This document shows, piece after piece, positions 41,002 to 49,283 of a stretch of 64,000 nucleotides of DNA. Source of the stretch: Sedimentisphaerales bacterium. GTDB lineage: Bacteria; Planctomycetota; Phycisphaerae; Sedimentisphaerales; SM23-30. The stretch spans positions 64,001 to 128,000 of the forward strand of contig CAXXFK010000006.1 of assembly GCA_963663965.2 (NCBI GenBank), read 5' to 3'. Both the position numbers and the translations under genes were made by a program. The notes beneath the pieces are model-generated. The model was not told the origin of the DNA and searched no databases. It saw nothing but the letters and a program-made list of their open reading frames with translations. Each line of letters starts with the position of its first letter. Position 1 is the stretch's first letter.

Positions 41002-41240
41002 TAGAAAAACCTGGCAAAAAGCCGTTTAGATGGTTACAAAATGTGCGAAAGTTTACCAGTAATGTGATATGAATAATATTGTGTTGACTCTGATACCAAG
41101 TGAACGCAGTGTTAGTGTTTTTGTTAATTTGCAAGGTTGTGTGTTAGAATTTGGTTACTCTCTTGCAGCAAGACTTGAAAATTCCTTTAATAGGTGGATT
41201 GTTCTTTAAATGACTGTCATCATCGATTGTGAGAGAAGCA

Positions 41241-44200
41241 ATGAAATCAGTTTTGTATATTTTTATTATTTTGGGTGCGTGCGTTGCCGCATTAGCCGGT
41301 GCGACTGATGAGTCGAATCCGGTTAGTACACGGGCAGAATCTGGAAAATATCAACAATAACTTAAGCGGACATTATCATCTGGTGAATGATATAGGACCT
41401 TTCCGGAACAACTTATGATCAGGCCGTGATCGCTGCCGACAGTGTGCCCTTTACGGGAGTTTTTAATGGCGGGGGGTTTATCATCAGAAATCTGACCATT
41501 AACAGTGAAGGGGATCAAGTAGGATTGTTTGGTCAGATTGGTGATGGGGGTATTGTAACAGAGCTGGGGATGGTCGATGCAGATATAGGGGGCAGACAGA
41601 ATGTCGGAGTTTTGGCGGGGAGTACGCTGGCAGGAAGTTCCATTGTTCAGTGTTTTTCAACCGGAGCAGTTGTCGGGACGGGGGATCATAGCGGTGGATT
41701 GGTCGGCAGCAGCGCCGGCGCCATTCGCCAATCATTTTCAATAGCAGACGTTACCGGGGTGAATCATGTAGGGGGGCTGGCCGGGTATAATATGGCCCCG
41801 GACACTATTTCTCAGACTTATTCAACCGGTCAGATTGTCGGTACGGGAACGGAGGTTGGCGGTTTGATGGGTTGCAGTCCGGTTTCCAGTCGCAAAGCAG
41901 TGATGTTTGATGGGGATGCCGACTACATTGCGCTATCCAAGCCGCTATCGATTTTTAACAGTTCCTTTACAATTGAGATGTGGGCTTATTTTAATGATGA
42001 CGGCAGGGGTATTTTGCTGGGTGATTATAGCCTGTCAGGCGCTATCAATACCAATTTTGAACGGTATACCAGTGGGCAATTACGGATATACTGGAATAAT
42101 GGGGCTTTGAATTATTATACCGATGCGGATGTTGTCGGGACGGGGCGATGGGAGCATCTTGCATTTCAAAGAGACAAAGATGCCAATGTGTTCCGGATTT
42201 TCGTCGATGGGAAGCTGGTCAGTACATTTGACGATGCCGGCGTTGATCTGGCGGCGTCAATTCCGCATTATCTGGGGCGTGATAGCCGGACCGGCTCGAC
42301 GGCCCTGAATGGCAGGATGAGCGATGTCCGGATCTGGAATACAGTGAGGACGGAAACTGAAATCCGGGCCGACCGGTATCAGCCACTGTCTGGCAATGAA
42401 CCGGGTTTGGCAGGGTACTGGAAACTGGATGAAGGAACCGGGGCGGTTGCTCATGACAGTACCGCCGGTGGGAACCATGGCTATTGTTCGCTTTCGGTTG
42501 TACCGGATTTAGGACCGGGCAAAAATGATGGCGCCATCAACGGCGCCTCACCAACTCCTGTTATCGATCAGTCTTTTTCTTCCGCCATGACATTTAACGG
42601 TGACTCAGATTGTGTTATTTTAAGCAAGCCGCTCCCCATTTTTGGCGGTTCCTTTACGATAGAGATGTGGGCTTATTTTAACGATAGCGGCCGGGATGTT
42701 CTACTGGGAGATTACAGCCTGGCAGGGGCCATTCAAACGAATTTTGAAAAGTATACCGATGGCCGGTTGAGGATCTACTGGAATGGCGGCAATCCCAACT
42801 ATCTGACGAATGCAGGTATGATAACCACCAATACCTGGCAACATATCGCATTTCAAAGAGATAAGGCTGCCGGTCTGTTTCGGGTCTTTGTGAACGGAGC
42901 GCTGGTGGGTTCCTATGCAAATATTGGAAATGACCTGAGCGCGAGTATTCCGCACTATCTCGGGCGCGATTCCCGTACGGGTACGACAGCTATGAATGGA
43001 CAATTGGCTGATGTGCGTATCTGGAACTATGCTCGCACCCATGGGGATATTCAGGCTGATATGAATGCGGTACTGGCGGGCAGTGAAGCGGGTCTGCTGG
43101 ATTACTGGAGATTTGATCAGGAGGAGCTATCGGCTGATTTATCCTGGGATGAAACCGTATTGATGACGGACAGTTTCTGGGATAAGGAGAATTCCCTTCT
43201 GACCGTCAGCAGCGGCGGTATTGGCGTCAGTACGGCGCAGATGCGGCAAATTGATACGTTTCTTGGGGCGGGATGGGATATGGAGAATGACTGGAGTATG
43301 CTGGCAGCATCGTATCCTGTCCTGGCGTGGCAGATGTTATCGGCGGATCTGGATAGAAATGGAATAGTCGATAGCAGGGATTTTGCCAGTGTTGAATCCG
43401 ACTGGTTTAAGCGGGCGGATGAGTTGCCGGAATATCCTGAGTTCTCCATGACGAACCCGTATGCCGAGGTCGACTGGGGTACAGCCGGGCAGTACAAAGC
43501 CAATATGCATACCCATACCACCATGAGTGATGGCAGTGACGATCCAGCTACCGTTATCGATGTTTACCATTCATTAGGCTACAACATCCTGGCGATTACC
43601 GATCACGATACCAGTTCGCCGTCAACGCCGACCTGGCCCTGGACGGATTATGGCCGCGATCCCGTGGCGCTTGACATGATAGCAATCGAGGGAAATGAGA
43701 TAAGCAGACCCCATCATACCTTGAGTTATTTTTGTGATTATGGCAATCCGAGCGAGACATTATGTGAACAAGCTATCATCGGAATTGGCAACCAGGGTGG
43801 GTTGGCGGTTCTGGCCCATCCGGTATATACCAATCATTATCTGGGAACGCAAGGTCTGCCGGCCGGTATGACCTGGACGTCGGAAGTATACGCGAATTTA
43901 TTTAAACAGTACACCCAACTGGTCGGTATGGAGGTCTATAATCATATCACGCATATGGACGCGCACCGGCCGGTCTGGGATGCCATTTTGACATTGACCA
44001 TGCCAGACCGCCCGGTTTGGGGTTTCTCTAATGATGATTCACATTCCCCGAGTCACCGGGGATATGGGTATGAGATATTCCTTTTGTCTGACCCCAACGA
44101 ACAGGGGGTTCGTACTGCTATGGAAAACGGCAGTTTCTATTTTGGCTATGCGTATGAGGTCGGCAAGTCCGGTCCGACGATCCATTCAATTGATGTAGAC

Positions 44201-44512
44201 GTTTTAACCGGCCATATCCATATTCATGCTTCGGATTACGAACGTATTGACTGGATCTCGCGGGGGAAGGTGGTGGAGATCGGGGATGAGATCAGGATTG
44301 ATGCCAGTTCCAGCGTCCAGAATTATATCCGCGCGGAAATAATCGGCTCGAGTGGTGTCGCATTCACACAGCCGTTTGGCGTTATAAATCCTTGCCGTTA
44401 TCTCCATGAACACGGCATGAACTACGCGGGTGATATCGATCAGAATTGTAAGGTGGACATGAGCGATTTAAAGATACTGGCCACGCAGTGGCTCGATACG
44501 GTCTGGAGATAA
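41241..44512 (+). CDS. Secreted GLUG + 2x LamG + PHP-type metallohydrolase + dockerin-like protein; indels near 41340 and 41395
   Basis: Signal peptide from ATG 41241; VGGLAG GLUG repeats; two LamG domains (FTIEMWAYF...DVRIWN); PHP motifs HTHT, ITDHD, AHP, DDSH; DLDRNGIVD and DIDQNCKVD repeats. Confidence 0.85.
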
Positions 44513-44528
44513 TTGCTCCTAATGTATA

Positions 44529-44565
44529 GGGCCTCTAAAGCAATTTCAGAGGCCCCTTTTCTTTT
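44529..44565 (+). terminator. Rho-independent terminator
   Basis: GGGCCTCT...AGAGGCCC followed by CTTTTCTTTT. Confidence 0.8.
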
Positions 44566-44679
44566 AGTCCCTTAGGGTACAAAAATTAACATTCCATAAT
44601 CTCATTGAAATCAGACACTTAAAGAATGTTCGGTCGAACATGATTGTGGTTTTTTCCTGAATTGATAGACTTGGGGGAC

Positions 44680-44860
44680 TATGAAACAGAAGATATGGAT
44701 CACCCTTGCGACATATATTGCCTACTGCATCAATAAAGAGGGGAGTTCTATCAGGCGATTGAGTATCTCAAAACCCAGGAAGAAGTCTTGATTGAACAAC
44801 AGGAGCAACCGAACAAAGGCATTCTGTTGGCCAATCCTGAATGGATAAGAATCTGACCAT
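44680..44860 (+). pseudogene. Degraded N-terminal remnant of an integrase-core (rve) transposase
   Basis: Frameshifted MKQKIWITLATYIAYCINKE / YQAIEYLKTQEEVLIEQ resembles planctomycete rve transposase N-termini. Confidence 0.35.
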
Positions 44861-44927
44861 TCGCCCGGAGGATTTTGAAAGTGCCGGTCGAGCGGTTGAG
44901 GAATTGGCCGAAAATACCACTTTGACC

Positions 44928-44949
44928 GATTGACACCATTTTGACACCG
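44928..44949 (+). repeat. Arm-type repeat GATTGACACCATTTTGACACCG, copy 1
   Basis: 20/22 identical to 46521-46542; internal TTGACAC repeat at 11-bp period. Confidence 0.7.
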
Positions 44950-45019
44950 CAGGGGTATTTCGGGCAGTAAAAGAAAAAGCCTTTATTTGTAAGTTACTAG
45001 AAATCAAGGCTTTACAAAA

Positions 45020-45061
45020 CGAGGCCGACGAGGCTCGAACTCGCAACCTTCGGATCGACAG
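45020..45061 (-). other. 3' half of tRNA-Asp(GTC); att core
   Basis: Minus strand CTGTCGA-TCCGA-AGGTT-GCGAG-TTCGAGC-CTCGT-CGGCCTC-G; the upstream bases cannot pair to form the anticodon stem. Confidence 0.8.
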
Positions 45062-45156
45062 GCTGGCATTCTATTTGTAAGTATGTTGATAATAATATGT
45101 TAAGGCGAAATTTTGACGCCTTTTTTTGATATTCAGGTACATAACAACCTTATTTT

Positions 45157-46481
45157 GGCTCATCCGGTTAATGAGTAGTTTTGGTTATGGATATGATGGA
45201 TCCGGAGATAGAAGTATTCCTGATCGCGGTAGCCATGAGCCATTCGTTGCAGGAGGCCGATTTTACGGTTATTGACTTCGACTTTGCTGGTGCTGATGGG
45301 ATGGTCATACCAATTGAGCAGGAAGGGTTTCCAGAGTTGCAGTTGTTTGGCGGCATCCAGCAGGATCCGAATCCCGCTGGTTTGCGCCTGGCTGATCCAG
45401 CGTTTAAGTTCCTGTTCAGCCAGCGGAGCCGTGATCGCATCAAAAAGGAGACGGAGCCGTTCTTTCATGTAATAGGCGGTGGCCAGCGGCTGGTTGAGTT
45501 GCAGAGCCTCCTGCAACCGGTGCCGTTCATCTTTGGCGCTATCGGCATGGGATTTAAGGTTCTCCGGCGCTTTGAGCAGCAGCCAGCGGCTGCCTTTAAG
45601 TACCGCTTTGCCCATGGTATCGGCCTCCCGGTACAAATCCCGGCGTAAACTGGTCAGTTTGTCGTTAAACCATTTGACCAGATGAAAATGGTCCAGCACC
45701 AGTTTGGCTTGCGGCAGTTCTTTCAGGACACTGGTCATAAAACCACTGGCCATATCGGTAGCCACCGCGGCAATCACCGCCCGGCTGCGTCGGACACGCC
45801 CCCAGAATCCCACCAGGGCCTCTTGGCCTTTGCCCTGGCCGATATGCAAGATTTGTCCGCTTTCCAGGTCGGTTACCAGCGAGATGTATTTGCTTTTCCT
45901 GCCCAGATACAATTCGTCAATCCCCAGATAACGAACCTTTTTCAGGGAAATCTTTCGGTACCGTCGACCTAGCCAGGACTTATGAATCGATTTGATGGTA
46001 TCCCAGCTTAAGCCGGTCCGTCGGGCCACCTCTTGCAGGGAAGCCGCCTGACATAAATCGATGACATACCGTTCCAACGCATGGGTGTAATGCTTCTTGG
46101 GGTCGGCAAATGGCAGATGAGGCTGACGAATGGCCCCGCACGCCAGACATTTCAATCGGGGAATAGTGACAAGCAACTCCATTTGACGCAGACCGGCGGG
46201 TACCATGGCAAACCTCCGGGCCTTGTGACCGAAGTAAATGAAATTACGGGAGTTACAACAAGGGCAACGCAGACTATCCGCCGGCAAGATGCCGTGAATC
46301 ACGCTCTTGCCCGCAAAAATATTCTGTCTTTTGGTATTGAACACCTCGAACACCAAAAGTATGATACAACATACTTGTGGACATGACTTTAGCTCCTAAT
46401 ATGAGGTTTTATTTTTTTCCTCAAACAGTAAAGTCATGTCTCTCTTTTTGCAACATTAACTACTCATTTTTCGGAAGAACC
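45157..46481 (-). mobile_element. ISL3-family insertion sequence
   Basis: IRs GGCTCATCCGGTTAATGAGTAGTT / GGTTCTTCCGAAAAATGAGTAGTT; 8-bp flanks CTTATTTT / CTTATTAT. Confidence 0.9.
45160..46384 (-). CDS. ISL3 transposase; probable indel in the T-run near 46316
   Basis: GGAG RBS, MSTSMLYHTFGVRG, CPCC zinc finger, LGIDE, VATDM, LDHFHL, EVNNRKI...GYRD. Confidence 0.9.
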
Positions 46482-46520
46482 CTTATTATTCAAGTGAGAA
46501 ACAAGTGAGTTACCAGTGAC

Positions 46521-46542
46521 GATTGACACTAATTTGACACCG
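46521..46542 (+). repeat. Arm-type repeat GATTGACACTAATTTGACACCG, copy 2
   Basis: Direct repeat of 44928-44949. Confidence 0.7.
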
Positions 46543-46676
46543 AAAAGCTATAAGCCAGGAGTTTAAGCTCCATTTCGGCTGATTTTCTGAAAACAAACTG
46601 TCGTAGGGTCACTTATTTAGCTGCCGATGAATTTTTGCACTATAAGGAGCAATATACTCAAATGTATCGGTCTTTT

Positions 46677-48107
46677 TTACAGGTCTCTTTCTGGGTTGGC
46701 CTGGTAGATTCCGCCGAGATTGATGTGGCCCCAGGGGTCTGAAGACTGATCGATCACCAGGAGGATCAAAGGGCGTGCCAGAAAAGCCTGGCAATCGATT
46801 TGAACCGGTTCAAGCTGGTTGCTGTTATTTCCAGTGGTTTTAAAATAGACTGTCCCATTATTGCCATCGATTATTTTAATTTGGAGACGCTCTGTATCCT
46901 GGCCACCAGAAAGGTAAAGCAGGCAGTGCGGACGGGTCAGGTAAAAAACCGGGCTTTCGATCTGTCCGGTCAAGCTGTCATCGAACGTATCGGGTTCGGT
47001 TTCTGCAGTAGCGATAAAATATTCGGTTCGAGGGTGAAACCAGGTGCGAATAGAGTTCGTGAAAATGGCGTTCAGGTTACCTGATTTAAGCTGCCAATGC
47101 GAACGATGATCCGGATTATCGAAGTCGAAGACGGGCTGATCGTAACATTTCCAATGCAAGCGGGTGATCCTGATGCCATCCAGATTGGGATTGAGGGCGG
47201 CGATGTAATATTTGTCATCGAGTTTAACAATTTCCGGGGCGCAGAGATTGAGCTGGCAGACATAGCCGGAATCATTATCGATCCCGAAATGCAGGGGATT
47301 GCCGGACTGGTAGATGGTGGTTTGCGCGCCTGGGCCGTAATACTGGGTGCGGAAAAGGAAATAGCTGTCGGGCATGAGTTCGACGACATGCGGGCATTCA
47401 CAGGAATAGGGATTGTTGCCGGCCTTGCCGCCGTAACTGACGATAAAGGAATCGGACCAGTTCAGCAGGTTATCAGAGGTGCGGCAGAAGACATAGCCAT
47501 GACGCGCGGGAAAGGCGGTATAATAACAATGCCATTTATCCTGCGTGAACAGCAGCATCGGATCGCGATTGTTGACATTGGGGCCTTCGCTGAAAATGAC
47601 ACCGGCGTCGGTCAGGCGGGTAAACTTTTTACCATCGTTACTGGTTGCCAGCCGGATGTTATCCCAGTCGCCATAGATCATCCAGTAACGGCCCTGGGTT
47701 TTAATGACATGAGGCGCTTGCAGGCCGCCTAGTGGTTCACCCAGTTGGGGATTAGCTTCCATGACGATCCCCCTGGGAGCCCAGCCTTTATCGGTCAGTT
47801 TCCGGCCCTCCCAGCGGTAGAATAGCCGGGTATGGCCGCCCAGATTAGTAAAACGGATGCAGGACCAGATCTGCCAGGAGCCGTCGGCCGCCTGCCAGAG
47901 AGCAAAATCAACCGGCTGTTGTTTATCGCTCTGGTAGCGTTCCAGTTCAGGAGTTGAAGCGACTTGCCACCAGTTATCGTCGACAGTGGGAATATAGCAA
48001 CGATCAGCGATAAGCATTGCCGTCAAAGATAGTATGATAAAACAACCGGCATAGAAATTAATTTTTGTGTTCATACGAGTTCCAGAATTTACATTAGGCA
48101 TTGTCAA
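46677..48107 (-). CDS. Five-bladed beta-propeller glycoside hydrolase-like protein (GH32/GH43 clan)
   Basis: QPVDF, QAPHVI, NRDPML, CECPHV, APEIV; C-terminal GQIES...WGHIN domain. Confidence 0.75.
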   Translation of the reverse strand: MTMPNVNSGTRMNTKINFYAGCFIILSLTAMLIADRCYIPTVDDNWWQVASTPELERYQSDKQQPVDFALWQAADGSWQIWSCIRFTNLGGHTRLFYRWEGRKLTDKGWAPRGIVMEANPQLGEPLGGLQAPHVIKTQGRYWMIYGDWDNIRLATSNDGKKFTRLTDAGVIFSEGPNVNNRDPMLLFTQDKWHCYYTAFPARHGYVFCRTSDNLLNWSDSFIVSYGGKAGNNPYSCECPHVVELMPDSYFLFRTQYYGPGAQTTIYQSGNPLHFGIDNDSGYVCQLNLCAPEIVKLDDKYYIAALNPNLDGIRITRLHWKCYDQPVFDFDNPDHRSHWQLKSGNLNAIFTNSIRTWFHPRTEYFIATAETEPDTFDDSLTGQIESPVFYLTRPHCLLYLSGGQDTERLQIKIIDGNNGTVYFKTTGNNSNQLEPVQIDCQAFLARPLILLVIDQSSDPWGHINLGGIYQANPERDL

Positions 48108-49279
48108 TTAATGTCGTTATAAAAAGTTCCTCGTGGATTACGGGTTACGGTGTGCAGTTTTTTTTGAAGTTGGCATAGGTTCCGGAAGGTGCACATCGGC
48201 TGAAGCGAATGGTCCAGGTTGGGAAAATAGCGGCCAGTGGCGAGCAGGGGAGTGACTTTAACATTGATTTCGAAGTTAATCAGCGAATCGTTGCCCTCGT
48301 TGACGACTTCTTTTTCGACCCAACCGAAGAATATGAAATCAGGAAATTGTTGCCGCAGCAACATCAGATCGTTGTTGGATTTGGCTTCCACTGGATAAAT
48401 GCCATTGACGCCCAGTTGATGGAGTAAGGGAACGAACTCCATGACATTGCCATCCGTATCCACGACTAAACAATCGCAATCAAGATGATGGGCTAATTGA
48501 ACAATTTCACGATAAGAGTCACCGCAAAAGTCCAGAAAATGTTGTGGAGCGATCATCATGCCATGATTATAGCAGCAATCTTCACCGATTTTGAGTATTT
48601 CGGGCTTGAGGCGTTCGACCAGTGGAAAGAGGTATTTTCTACGCAGATTGGCCTGCCACTGAATGATATCGTGGGCCAGTTCCGGATCGTCGTATAAGAG
48701 GGTACAGGCAGTCTCCGGTCCCATCAGGTCGCGGATTGCTCCCCAGGTGGATAGCAGTGAGATGAACAGGGGTATGTCGCGATGATCATAGGGGCTACAG
48801 ACCTGATCAATTATTTCAGAGGGCCAAAGCTGTCCGGGTGTGTTCACATCACGATAGAATTCCCAACTGGCGCGATCTCGCACATGATAAACAGCAAACT
48901 CGGGCATGGAATAGGCATTGTCGCCATCAAGAATTTGACGAGTTATGGCGCCGGTATTGTATTCGATGATCTCATACCCATCTCGATATGTTTTTTTTGA
49001 CTGAATGCCTGGACAGGGATCGCAGGGCCAGAAATCGATGGTTAACGGGGTGAGAGTGCCCCAGTAATCTGACCAGGATTGAGCGGCGATCGGATCCCAT
49101 TGGGTTTGATAATTCCAGCCTTTGACGTGTTTGGGCATACCGGTGTCCAGCAAACGTTGGTAGATCTGGCCCCAAGCTCCGCCAAAGGACAGGCCGGACG
49201 CGCCCGGCAAACCGATCAGGGGAATATAATCCACCTGTTGGCCCCGACAGATTGCCTGGAATCGTTCTTTTTCGTTCAT
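48104..49279 (-). CDS. Uroporphyrinogen decarboxylase / MtaA-like (URO-D superfamily) protein
   Basis: MNEKERF, RDLMGPE...LLYDDPEL, GEDCCYNHG, VDTDGN, YPVE, PNLDH. Confidence 0.8.
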   Translation of the reverse strand: MNEKERFQAICRGQQVDYIPLIGLPGASGLSFGGAWGQIYQRLLDTGMPKHVKGWNYQTQWDPIAAQSWSDYWGTLTPLTIDFWPCDPCPGIQSKKTYRDGYEIIEYNTGAITRQILDGDNAYSMPEFAVYHVRDRASWEFYRDVNTPGQLWPSEIIDQVCSPYDHRDIPLFISLLSTWGAIRDLMGPETACTLLYDDPELAHDIIQWQANLRRKYLFPLVERLKPEILKIGEDCCYNHGMMIAPQHFLDFCGDSYREIVQLAHHLDCDCLVVDTDGNVMEFVPLLHQLGVNGIYPVEAKSNNDLMLLRQQFPDFIFFGWVEKEVVNEGNDSLINFEINVKVTPLLATGRYFPNLDHSLQPMCTFRNLCQLQKKLHTVTRNPRGTFYNDIN

Positions 49280-49283
49280 GGTG

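Noticed and set aside
44768..45046. 92-aa minus-strand ORF
   Set aside because: It begins inside the tRNA-Asp fragment and runs across the att arm; no protein-like features.
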